Part shown: positions 26,786 through 39,577 of the stretch, one piece after another
How the letters are laid out: each line of letters opens with the position of its first letter
How positions within the stretch are numbered: position 1 is the first letter of the stretch
Source: Octopus bimaculoides
Taxonomy: Eukaryota
DNA: 63,693 nt
Direction of reading: 5' to 3'
NCBI RefSeq assembly: GCF_001194135.2
Contig: NC_068995.1
Coordinates: forward strand, 22,291,654-22,355,346
Position numbers and translations under genes: made by a program
Notes under the pieces: model-generated
Database searches by the model: none
What the model saw: the letters and a program-made list of their open reading frames with translations, nothing else
Told to the model about the DNA's origin: nothing

Positions 26786-27420
26786 TTACACCTTTTACCC
26801 CAAGAGAGAAGTTTTTCTCCACGGTAACTGCAGTAAGTCTGCTTTTAGAAGTTGAAATTTGTCACAAATATATTTTAACTGACTTAAAGTTCATGCTTGG
26901 TGCTGATATTGCAAAACCTTTTCAGACCTGATAGTCTAAGAACCCAATTCAATTAATGTTGTTGATTGTGCTTTAGTTAAACCTATGGCTTTAAAATCTG
27001 TCCAGAGTTACTTCGCTTCGGTATTTCGCATTTATAACAGCCGAAGTGGTAGAAATGCTTTTAGGAATCCAATAGGGAGAAGCACTAGACAGATATTGAG
27101 CTTTTACACCTTTTACCATAAGAGAAAATTATTTCTCGAAGGTAACAACATTGAATTCTCTTTAATATGTCACAAACATATTTTAACTAACCTAAAGCTC
27201 ATTTATTCCTTAACACTGCCTGGCGCTAATACTGCTGTATTTCTTTCGGCTTGGCAACATCATAATGCAACTCAGGGAATGTGTTGCCTGTGTTTTAGTT
27301 AAAGCTATGGCTTTAAAATCTGCCTTCCTTCTTTTTCTCATTTACAGTAGCTAAAGAGTTAGGAACGCGTCTGAGAATCCGATAGGGACAGGACAATACA
27401 TTTTCAAGTAGCTTTATATG
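26786..27420. repeat. Degenerate tandem duplication, period ~318 bp
   Basis: ttacaccttttacc at 26786 and 27104; tgtcacaaa.atattttaact and ttagttaaa.ctatggctttaaaatctg recur in register. Confidence 0.85.
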
Positions 27421-29922
27421 ATATTCAATATCCTAAATTAGATATGAATTAAAATCTAGGTTACTGATCAGTGGAGCTGTACAGAAGGGATCTTAATTCT
27501 GAGGAAGAGAGAACTGATCAACTTCGATGACTTTAGAAACATCTAACTGATATTGTTAAGTGGAAATATTCTTGCTATGCACTTACAAATTCTCTGCTAA
27601 ACATGTCCTACATTGTCAGCTGTTACAAAAGGAGAAACTGGGGAGATAATGGGATGTCTGAAGCACGAAGTGAAAACTTTTATAAACATGGGAGCCAGTG
27701 TAATAACAATCAGTCAAAGTAATGTGGCGCTATTACCAGATTTTTCTAAATTGGCATAAATTGATAGGGACGATTACATGTTCATTTGTGGTGGTTATTC
27801 GTTCAACTGAAATGTTATTGCCTAGGTTCACATGTGTCCTTAAACTGTATATGAATGTGTACGTGAGCGTTTTTCAACGATATGATTTATCTGGAATTAT
27901 TTATGCTAGTACGACAAACAAGTGTCGATACAATAAAAATCAAACCGAAATAAACACTGAAGCTAATATGATAAATTCTCTAAAATTTAAAGGTAGTTAT
28001 TTCATATGCAATGTATGAAATCGGTTAATTTTTGCCACATGAGTGAAACCAATTTATATTAATCTTTTGGTACCAACAGAACGTAGATATGAAGCATTTG
28101 ACTAATATATACTGATAGAGTGTGAATTGTTTTTAATTTCTACGCATTATTTATATAGAAGTATCATTTAGCGTCCCTTTTCTGATTTTATTTGGCTTCG
28201 GGAAGTAAGTTAGTTTCTCTACTATATCTTTCCCCGGTGGTATTTAGCTATTCGTTGACCTGTGCATTATCATAGCGAAGATGAAAGAGGAATATCTTAC
28301 AAAAGTTAGTGTAGCAGAACACTAGACATTCCCAAGATGACGTATTAGTGGGATTTTTCTTAATATAACTACGTTCCTGTCACTAAATAATTAATGAGAG
28401 GTTATTCTATATGTAAACATGAATATTATCCGTAATATATTCTCAAATTAAAATCCCACGGGAGATTTCATACACTGATCGATGTATTAAGCAACTCTAT
28501 TTTGCCGATATGTGATGTATATGTGTCATAGATCTGCTGAAATACTAATGATTTCATTAACAACCATAAATTTCATGATATATGCCGGAAGAGATAATAT
28601 ATTATGGGATGTTTATTCAAGGCACTGTAACGTTATCTGCTTTATGTCGAATAACTGCATCCAATCCCAGAATGTATTTTCTTTAAATTACTATCGAAAA
28701 TAAGAAATCATGTATAAAAGATAGAAACCCGATGCTTAGGAACTACATTTTGAGATGTTTCATAGTCATTTCTGCCAAAATGTATGCTATATACTTATAT
28801 ACCAAACATGTACGGAGATCATTATCTTCGCTTTAAATTAGCGTATATGTCTATAATATATAAATATTGCATAGTAGAATGAATATGAGAGTAAAGATGT
28901 ATGTAGTGTGTGTGTAGCATGTGTTGGAGGTGTACAGGTTTGTGTATTGTTGTGCCACCAGCAACTAAACCGGCCACCCTACAAAGCATACTCGGTAGGA
29001 TGGGATATTGTCGTTGAACACCATGCAAGACGAAAACATTACATGTGAAGGGACGGATGGGATCACAACAGCACTGTCTCACATTCACAGCGAAGTTGTC
29101 TAGAAATAACCAAGGACAAATATGGAAGCACACATCCATACATAACAGACACATGTATATAATCACGCACGTCGTACTCATAGATATACTCAAACATGCA
29201 AACACAAGGAGACAGAGGTACACACACAAATGCGCGCACACAAACACACGCGCAGACACACACATACACACACACATACAACCATACAAAGAGGAACACA
29301 CAAGCGCATGAATATGCAAAATACATACATACAAACGTACACACATACATACATATATATGCATACACACATGCATGCATACACACATATATACACATAC
29401 ATACATACACACACACACGAATGTGCATACACATGCACACTGACGCACACACATGCGCCCAAACACATTAAAAAACACAGCTCTGATGAGAGACAGAGGC
29501 AACGAGTATTGAAGAGTTTGCAAGAAGCAACATAAATTATAGAAAAATAAATGAGTAAATAAGTGGAAATCAAACCGGTGAGTGTGTTAATTAATAAGTC
29601 ACTAAAACGTAGACTTTTTGGAGGGTGACCAGTTCGAAAAGTCTCAAGTGCAACTGCCCGAAACTGTAAGGACATCTGGTAACTTGACTGACGAAAGAAG
29701 GCCATGAATGACCCGTCCTTATTTTTTCCTGTCCCTCTAACTGTTGTTTTCCCTGTCCCTCTTAGTATAGTCTATCTTTCCGGATGTTGAACGTCTTCTA
29801 TTGCGTTTTTGTTCCATTTGATATATATATATATATACATAAGAGGACGATAATCGTTAAGGCAAGGCACACGGCAAACATCTCAAGTCGTATGCAATAT
29901 CATTATTGGAAAATAATTCTAA

Positions 29923-29978
29923 AGCTTACAGCTGTTTCTGGGATATCCCTGAGTATAGGATATCCCGTCATCAGAACC
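29923..29978 (-). ncRNA. Minimal hammerhead ribozyme-like motif (best-preserved core in the window)
   Basis: Minus strand: GGTT-CTGATGA-C-GGGATATCC(TATACTCAG)GGATATCCC-A-GAAA-CAGCTG-TA-AGCT. It has an intact core, a 9-bp stem II, palindromic stem III ACAGCTGT and a GUA cleavage triplet. Confidence 0.7.
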
Positions 29979-31212
29979 AAATAGGAAGAAATAGGGAAAA
30001 TGAGTATGGTATATAGAGGAAAGGAGTAACAGAATGAGAGGGAAAGAAAGAAGAATATATATATACATACAAGTACACATATATATGTATATATGCGTGT
30101 ATACATACACACACTTATAAAAGGAGACAGGAATGAGGCAAGAGAAATAACCCAGGAAAGCTAGTTGCACGCACATACAAATACTGCTAGCAAATCGGAC
30201 TCCAACATGTGATAAAAAGTACATGATAATTTTTTTATTATTTTGATCTTATAATTTAATTATTTTGAATAACGAAAAATAAATTATTCCATATTGCGTC
30301 AATTTAAAAAAAAAATTCCTCCAATATTATGAAACTTTACTCTTTACATTCCTAAAATATTGTAATTTTTTTAGGAATAAGACAGTAATTTTCTTTTATA
30401 TTCTGTAGAATGTTTTAATCAACGGTCGAAAATATTCACAAGAATTGACATTACAAAGAAAGACGTCAAATCCGGAAGATACAGTGTATATGCACCACCT
30501 GCCTCTCTAGAACAATGCTTAGTTCACGGTGATGTGATTTATTGTCGCATGTTTAAAGTGTATTCAGCTGTCACAGGAGACACATCTTTCTTTCATTTAA
30601 TGCCTACTATAGCTGCCAATAGTAATTCAGTCTTACTGTCACCATAACCGACTTAGTAGGGTTGATCTTCAACTTCAACATCTCGATATTAAAAAGATAA
30701 TATAATAGAAACTTGCACTGTCTCCCACTTATAGACAATATTACCCTCCTAGATGTAATAATATTACCGAATTTATATTACGCTGAGTGCTGCAAATAGT
30801 TTCATGTAGTAGTAGATGTTAGAAAGGAACGAAGGAAGCAAACGAAAATATTTGTGTATTCTATTGATTTAGAACAATAAAACATAACTAAGCGTTCTTA
30901 ATTCTAAACAATGTTTATTATGAATGTTTCTTTTGGTTATATAAATACAATTTTGAAACGTTACTGATTATCTCTCTTTTTGAGATCGTCATTATTCTCT
31001 TGTAAATTTTCATCAATTACCTAGAAGTGGCGCCAGCATTCTTATGTTTATAGTTATTGTCTAATCTTCGTAGTTCTTGTATTCTTGAATATTTTTTCTC
31101 CTTCTTAAGTAGAGATATATTCTGATGCTGAATAATGTTTCTTAAAAAGCGTATACACAACATGAACACAGACACAGACACACACCTATCTCTATGTATA
31201 TATGTACGTATA

Positions 31213-31261
<49 letters not shown>

Positions 31262-34200
31262 TGTTTTATCTTGGAAAACGAATGAGAACTTAATTATGTC
31301 AACATGCTTTGGAAGGAAAAAGTTTTAAAATTATAAGGGGTAACAAGAAACTCGTCTTAAAATGTAGTGCACTTGAAAATTGGATTAATGATTTCCGTTT
31401 TATTTTTGTGGATACGTTATGACAAAAATGTGTAGAAACATCAATAACGTTGCATTTGTTAGTGGAAAGTATCATTTATCAGGATGGATGCTAAATACTA
31501 AATATAGTACAAAGCTACAATATACACAATCAAGCATTAAGACAATATGCATATACAACATCCTTTATATACCTCATATCGTGAAATATGTGCATTTGTT
31601 TCGAGTTTTCCAGTATACGTAAACAATGCTAAATGCATTCCGTGTGTAATGGCAACTGAGTACAGGGTATATCATCGATCTAATAAATTTATTGTTCCTT
31701 CCATGTAGCAACAGTGGCTTAAAAAGAGAAATATATTATCTGACGAAGATATTGTATGGCTTTTTTTATACGATAGTTATAAGTGAGAATATTGTATAGG
31801 AGAGAGCATTAAATTCTTCAAATTTCTTCATATGGAGAAAAATACTTTGAACGAACAGGAGGACACCACAGTATCTAAACTGAGGAACCGTCTCGCAGTC
31901 TTTGGAGCTTTCTCATTAAGTTATTCTGCAACTATTAGCTTCATTATGGTTTTCAAAGGCAAAGGAGACATAACTCTAATTTTCCACATTTTCCGGTTTT
32001 CTTGACGCTTCCACTCTTTGCGTCAATTTTCCGTTTTTCTCGTTATCTCTCATGTAGCAATGTCTTGATTTTCAAATTTAATAGATCGCATGCTCAGAGC
32101 CCGAGATTGCTTGGAGACACAAGACGTGTAGCAGTTCCCGACAAAGTATGACATTAATAGTAGCTCGTATNNNNNNNNNNNNNNNNNNNNNNNNNNNNNN
32201 NNNNNNNNNNNNNNNNNNNNNNNNNNNNNNNNNNNNNNNNNNNNNNNNNNNNNNNNNNNNNNNNNNNNNNNNNNNNNNNNNNNNNNNNNNNNNNNNNNNN
32301 NNNNNNNNNNNNNNNNNNNNNNNNNNNNNNNNNNNNNNNNNNNNNNNNNNNNNNNNNNNNNNNNNNNNNNNNNNNNNNNNNNNNNNNNNNNNNNNNNNNN
32401 NNNNNNNNNNNNNNNNNNNNNNNNNNNNNNNNNNNNNNNNNNNNNNNNNNNNNNNNNNNNNNNNNNNNNNNNNNNNNNNNNNNNNNNNNNNNNNNNNNNN
32501 NNNNNNNNNNNNNNNNNNNNNNNNNNNNNNNNNNNNNNNNNNNNNNNNNNNNNNNNNNNNNNNNNNNNNNNNNNNNNNNNNNNNNNNNNNNNNNNNNNNN
32601 NNNNNNNNNNNNNNNNNNNNNNNNNNNNNNNNNNNNNNNNNNNNNNNNNNNNNNNNNNNNNNNNNNNNNNNNNNNNNNNNNNNNNNNNNNNNNNNNNNNN
32701 NNNNNNNNNNNNNNNNNNNNNNNNNNNNNNNNNNNNNNNNNNNNNNNNNNNNNNNNNNNNNNNNNNNNNATATATATATATATATATACGTAGAGTTAAG
32801 GTCCGAGGATCAAGGTATGGGACATTAGTAAGCTTCTGGCAGACCGTACAAGTCATAAAATACAACTTTCAGGAACAATAGTGGTTTATTGACGTAGAAG
32901 GTTGTAATTTTTTTCCCGGTTATTGAGTTCGATACGGGGGAAAAAAGGAAAAGTTTCTAGCGTACTGTTAGCAGCCACAAGTGGTGTAATATACGAATAG
33001 AAATCCCAAATTAGTAGATAAGTTCCAGGCTACATATATCTCACATCTAGCATCAACTCGAATGGGGTAATATGCTAGATATTAGCGGTGCCAAACATGC
33101 CTTAATCAAATGTCGTCAAGGGATCCCATGTTTACTCGTATGATTACCTCTCGTTTGGGAAATGACTACTTCTGAGGTTTTTCTAGCTATGAAAGATATG
33201 TATATATATATATTATATATACCAAAACAGTTTCATTCAAATTTCAAAATTCAAAATGGCTGACGACTAACATCACACTTGAAACTCGCGAGTACGAATT
33301 AATTTCAATCAAACTGTTTTGATCTATATATGTAATTCCCAATAATCGGTTGTGTGCTCGTCTTTCGTTTGTCCACACATTGGTATATATATATATATAT
33401 ATATATANNNNNNNNNNNNNNNNNNNNNNNNNNNNNNNNNNNNNNNNNNNNNNNNNNNNNNNNNNNNNNNNNNNNNNNNNNNNNNNNNNNNNNNNNNNNN
33501 NNNNNNNNNNNNNNNNNNNNNNNNNNNNNNNNNNNNNNNNNNNNNNNNNNNNNNNNNNNNNNNNNNNNNNNNNNNNNNNNNNNNNNNNNNNNNNNNNNNN
33601 NNNNNNNNNNNNNNNNNNNNNNNNNNNNNNNNNNNNNNNNNNNNNNNNNNNNNNNNNNNNNNNNNNNNNNNNNNNNNNNNNNNNNNNNNNNNNNNNNNNN
33701 NNNNNNNNNNNNNNNNNNNNNNNNNNNNNNNNNNNNNNNNNNNNNNNNNNNNNNNNNNNNNNNNNNNNNNNNNNNNNNNNNNNNNNNNNNNNNNNNNNNN
33801 NNNNNNNNNNNNNNNNNNNNNNNNNNNNNNNNNNNNNNNNNNNNNNNNNNNNNNNNNNNNNNNNNNNNNNNNNNNNNNNNNNNNNNNNNNNNNNNNNNNN
33901 NNNNNNNNNNNNNNNNNNNNNNNNNNNNNNNNNNNNNNNNNNNNNNNNNNNNNNNNNNNNNNNNNNNNNNNNNNNNNNNNNNNNNNNNNNNNNNNNNNNN
34001 NNNNNNNNNNNNNNNNNNNNNNNNNNNNNNNNNNNNNNNNNNNNNNNNNNNNNNNNNNNNNNNNNNNNNNNNNNNNNNNNNNNNNNNNNNNNNNNNNNNN
34101 NNNNNNNNNNNNNNNNNNNNNNNNNNNNNNNNNNNNNNNNNNNNNNNNNNNNNNNNNNNNNNNNNNNNNNNNNNNNNNNNNNNNNNNNNNNNNNNNNNNN

Positions 34201-34568
34201 NNNNNNNNNNNNNNNNNNNNNNNNNNNNTATATACATATATATATATGCGTGTGTGTGTGTGTGTGTGTGTATGTACAAATTTTGAAGAAACAGCAATAT
34301 GCAATATACAGTGAAATAAGGAGAAAGCTGCCAACGGCAAAACAAAAAGAAGACATTCAAAATATATAAAAATGCCAAATGATCAGGAAAATATAAAGGC
34401 AAACAATAAACTAAATTGTGAAAGAAGTTGGCGTCGAAGTCAAATATGAGTATTAAGTGAGAGACAATTTTTTTAAAAGAAGATAGTATTGATTTAAACC
34501 CAGAACACCTTTCAGAACCGATAACAAACGTGGAAGATAAATGATTGACATATTATCTGGCATGGTAG

Positions 34569-34750
34569 CATGGGCAAGTGGCTTCTTCTATAGCCTCAGG
34601 TAGACCTGAGTTTTGTGAGTGGACTTGGTAGATGGAAACTGAAAGAAGACCGCCGTATACCTGTGTGTTTGTGTGTGTTTACGTCCCCGTAATCTAGCAG
34701 TTCGGCAAAGTCACCGATAGAAGAAGTACTGGGCTATAAACAATAAGGGA
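34569..34750 (+). mobile_element. SINE family 2 (CORE-like), internally deleted
   Basis: gggcaagtggcttcttctatagcctc...ggaaactgaaagaag...tttacgtccccgtaa. Confidence 0.75.
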
Positions 34751-35054
34751 CCTTTGTGGTTTTCGTCACTGTTTATAATTTTGTTCCAATTGTTTTCAAA
34801 TTTGATATATGGGTTAAGTTTTGAATGTTAATTCCATTCGTGTATATTTTAATGTTTTGACTGTTATGTCTAGCAATGTTTTGACATGCTCATCCCCCGC
34901 CCCATGATGGATGATGAAGTGAACGCGCCGTTTTGTGATTAGCTGAAAATTCTGTAAATTATCAAACTTTGAACACCTGTCACATTTTCGCAAAATTGTT
35001 ATGGAATAAATGAATAACAAATTCGGATTGAGCGTCCCAAATTACATTCCCTCT

Positions 35055-35605
35055 TTTCTCTTTTACTTGTTTCAGTCATTTGACTGCGGCCATGCTGGAC
35101 CACCACCTTTAGTCGAGCAAATCGACCCCAGGACTTATTCTATCTGGCTCTTTTGCCGAACCGCTAAGTTACGGGGACGTAAACACACCAACATCGGTTG
35201 TCAAGCGATGCTGGGGGAACAAACACAGACACACAAACACACACACACACACAGACACACACACAGACACAGACACACACACACATACATACATATATAT
35301 NNNNNNNNNNNNNNNNNNNNNNNNNNNNNNNNNNNNNNNNNNNNNNNNNNNNNNNNNNNNNNNNNNNNNNNNNNNNNNNNNNNNNNNNNNNNNNNNNNNN
35401 NNNNNNNNNNNNNNNNNNNNNNNNNNNNNNNNNNNNNNNNNNNNATATATATATATATATATACACATATATACGACGGGTTTCTTTCAGTTTCCGTCTA
35501 CCAAATCCACTCACAAGGCTTTGGGCGGCGCGAGGCTATAGTAGAAGACACTTGCCCTAGATACCATGCCATGGGACTGAACCCAGAACCATGTGGTTGG
35601 TAAGC
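35055..35605 (-). mobile_element. SINE family 2, near full length, internal microsatellite spans an assembly gap
   Basis: The reverse complement matches the 59030 copy: head ccaaccacatggttctgggttcagtccc, core gggcaagtgtcttctactatagcctc, 3' part gcatggccgcagtcaaatgactgaaacaag. Confidence 0.9.
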
Positions 35606-35689
35606 ACATATGATATACAGAATATGATATATAGAATAATTTCTTTTAAAGATAATTGTAAACAGTGACCAAAGACCCAAAGATCCAAA

Positions 35690-35795
35690 ATAAGTCTTGG
35701 GGTTGATTTGTTCGACTAAAACCCTTCAAGGCGGTGCTTCAGCATGGCCGCATTCATATGACTGAAACAAATAAGAAAATAAAAGAAAAGAATAG
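35690..35795 (+). mobile_element. SINE family 2, 3' tail only
   Basis: aataagtcttggggttgatttgttcgactaaa...gcggtgcttcagcatggccgca...actgaaacaa. Confidence 0.8.
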
Positions 35796-38029
35796 ACTGT
35801 TCCGCTACAAAACTTGTAAGGCTCATTTATAACTTTATTTAATTCTGGAAAATATATGGTCAACGCTATTTGAAAGAGAACAAAATAAAGCTCTTTCGTC
35901 AAAACCTACCGTCACTCTCACTAACGGTATTAGCAGTTACTGTTACTGCTCTAGTCACATATTTTTGACCTTTGCTGACTACATGGGCGCGGGCACATGT
36001 GTCCTGGTTCCTTGCCAGTAAACTTAACAACAAACCAATCATTAACAACAACATCAACAACAACATACCGCTACACACAGTGGCAGCTGCTAGCTAGGTA
36101 AGTCAGGCAAAGAGAAAAATAACAACAAAACCAACTACAGAAGAAGTAACAGCGACCAAATCTACCTTCTGCCAATGCCAAGCTGTTTTTCTCTGCGGCT
36201 ACAGAACGTGGACTAGACAGAGACAAAAACAACAAGATTAATAATAAGAATTTTTTTCTTTGCCACTAATGCGAAGGATGAGTGGGGCAATGAAGGGACA
36301 GGCACAAAATATGGGGATTTACATATAATGAAATGAGAAAAAAAATACACATANNNNNNNNNNNNNNNNNNNNNNNNNNNNNNNNNNNNNNNNNNNNNNN
36401 NNNNNNNNNNNNNNNNNNNNNNNNNNNNNNNNNNNNNNNNNNNNNNNNNNNNNNNNNNNNNNNNNNNNNNNNNNNNNNNNNNNNNNNNNNNNNNNNNNNN
36501 NNNNNNNNNNNNNNNNNNNNNNNNNNNNNNNNNNNNNNNNNNNNNNNNNNNNNNNNNNNNNNNNNNNNNNNNNNNNNNNNNNNNNNNNNNNNNNNNNNNN
36601 NNNNNNNNNNNNNNNNNNNNNNNNNNNNNNNNNNNNNNNNNNNNNNNNNNNNNNNNNNNNNNNNNNNNNNNNNNNNNNNNNNNNNNNNNNNNNNNNNNNN
36701 NNNNNNNNNNNNNNNNNNNNNNNNNNNNNNNNNNNNNNNNNNNNNNNNNNNNNNNNNNNNNNNNNNNNNNNNNNNNNNNNNNNNNNNNNNNNNNNNNNNN
36801 NNNNNNNNNNNNNNNNNNNNNNNNNNNNNNNNNNNNNNNNNNNNNNNNNNNNNNNNNNNNNNNNNNNNNNNNNNNNNNNNNNNNNNNNNNNNNNNNNNNN
36901 NNNNNNNNNNNNNNNNNNNNNNNNNNNNNNNNNNNNNNNNNNNNNNNNNNNNNNNNNNNNNNNNNNNNNNNNNNNNNNNNNNNNNNNNNNNNNNNNNNNN
37001 NNNNNNNNNNNNNNNNNNNNNNNNNNNNNNNNNNNNNNNNNNNNNNNNNNNNNNNNNNNNNNNNNNNNNNNNNNNNNNNNNNNNNNNNNNNNNNNNNNNN
37101 NNNNNNNNNNNNNNNNNNNNNNNNNNNNNNNNNNNNNNNNNNNNNNNNNNNNNNNNNNNNNNNNNNNNNNNNNNNNNNNNNNNNNNNNNNNNNNNNNNNN
37201 NNNNNNNNNNNNNNNNNNNNNGTAAGTATGTATGTATGTGTGTGCGTTGGTGGGTGTCTGTCTACATGCATGTATGCATGTACGTATGTGTGTATTTATG
37301 TGTGCCGTCGATGTCTTTTAATGTTGATGGAACGAACATTTATTGACGTTGTTAGATGTCATATTTACTACATGTATCAAGTGATCTGCATATGGGTGTG
37401 TGTGTATGAGTGTGTTTATGTATGGGTGTGTGTGTTTGCGTGCATGTATGTGTGTATATATATATGTATGAGTGTATGTGACTTTATAGATATACATAAT
37501 TTATTAAAACTCATATAATTATTTCCATATAACATAACAATATACTCCTAAGAGTGAACAACATGCATTGATCAAATTAATTTATGGAGGTATCGATTTC
37601 GTTGAATATATCCTCTTTCTAATTCCTAGGAAATAGTTACAGGGAACTATATTGCTTCAGAAGTTCCCTTCTTCAGGTTTAACTGGGGAGTTGTGTTACA
37701 TTTACTGTAAATATATTTAATGTTTGTAATGAATGTACACTTAAATGATACGTGTTACATTTTTCTTCTTCAAAATGCTATTGTTTCAGTAATATGTTCT
37801 TGAATATCAAAGGAGAACTTTACCTAATATGTTCTCATCATGTATTTATATGGGTTTTATGGTTCACTTCCAATCCAGAATATTATGCATCAGTGCTATA
37901 CGCACACATGCACACGTGCGCGTGCGTATGTCTATGTATATAAGTATGCATATACGTTTTTTTTTATATTTATAACTTTCCGTCTATCTGTCTATCTATT
38001 TATCTATCTATATACGCACAAACACATAC

Positions 38030-38071
<42 letters not shown>

Positions 38072-39533
38072 NNNNNNNNNNATATATATATATATATACG
38101 CATGTGTATATATATGTATGTATAAGAATATATAGATAAATGTGTGTACATATATATATATATACATGCATATATAAATATGTATATGTATATATATACA
38201 TATATATATATGCATACATTCATACACACACAGCACATATACGCACGTTTATATTAATATTTTTTTTGATGTACACAAATATGTATGTATATATGTATAA
38301 TTCATATATGTATATATATATATATTTGTGCATGTTTATATTTATGATTTTATGCTAATGTGCATCCGTGTTACGATTTCTATTCTCATCACGTTGCTTA
38401 GTGAATGATTTCAGCAGTTATGTTCTCTCAACGATAAAACCAAACCAATATTTTGATAAAAGTATTGGAAATGACTATCTCATGCTAATATCATGTGTGA
38501 AATGCAGTCAATATAATGTGTAATATTGAGATGTTGTTGCATCATATTCAGAATTGATACGGCGTACCATGTTATGCTAGTTTATATTTCCTTGATCTTG
38601 ATGTAATTTTAGGGCAATTGCATCATATATATAAAAGCAATATTGTTGTGTGTACTGAAATATATTACTTTATGGGAACGAAATATGTTTAAATGTATTA
38701 AACATATTTACAGCGAACCAGAATATTTTTTCTAAGTTTCTTTCATCCTTCGATACTGGATAAGCAGTGGTGACAATGGAAAAGTAAAAAAGAAACATGA
38801 TATTGCTGCAGTTTGATTACTAAATACATTCTAAATGATAAGGATATTTATCTACAGGATACATATCTTCACATCTAATATACGTGAGACATGTTTGACA
38901 ATACCTGCTCCCATGGTATATCTGCTGCTGTATTTGACAATCAGCAGAGAAACATTTATTCAATTATATGCTTTGTTTGCTTCAATTATGGATTAATAGT
39001 ATACAAAAGTACATATATATNNNNNNNNNNNNNNNNNNNNNNNNNNNNNNNNNNNNNNNNNNNNNNNNNNNNNNNNNNNNNNNNNNNNNNNNNNNNNNNN
39101 NNNNNNNNNNNNNNNNNNNNNNNNNNNNNNNNNNNNNNNNNNNNNNNNNNNNNNNNNNNNNNNNNNNNNNNNNNNNNNNNNNNNNNNNNNNNNNNNNNNN
39201 NNNNNNNNNNNNNNNNNNNNNNNNNNNNNNNNNNNNNNNNNNNNNNNNNNNNNNNNNNNNNNNNNNNNNNNNNNNNNNNNNNNNNNNNNNNNNNNNNNNN
39301 NNNNNNNNNNNNNNNNNNNNNNNNNNNNNNNNNNNNNNNNNNNNNNNNNNNNNNNNNNNNNNNNNNNNNNNNNNNNNNNNNNNNNNNNNNNNNNNNNNNN
39401 NNNNNNNNNNNNNNNNNNNNNNNNNNNNNNNNNNNNNNNNNNNNNNNNNNNNNNNNNNNNNNNNNNNNNNNNNNNNNNNNNNNNNNNNNNNNNNNNNNNN
39501 NNNNNNNNNNNNNNTATATACATGCATAGATAC

Positions 39534-39577
<44 letters not shown>

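Noticed and set aside
28822-29705. 171-233 aa Cys/Val/His/Thr-rich ORFs, also at 7.2, 22.4, 38, 59-61 kb
   Set aside because: Translations of (CA)/(TG)/(TA) microsatellites; there is no real domain.
30470-30490. ...GATACAGTGTA resembling a Tc1/MITE terminus
   Set aside because: No matching opposite end could be located in the window.
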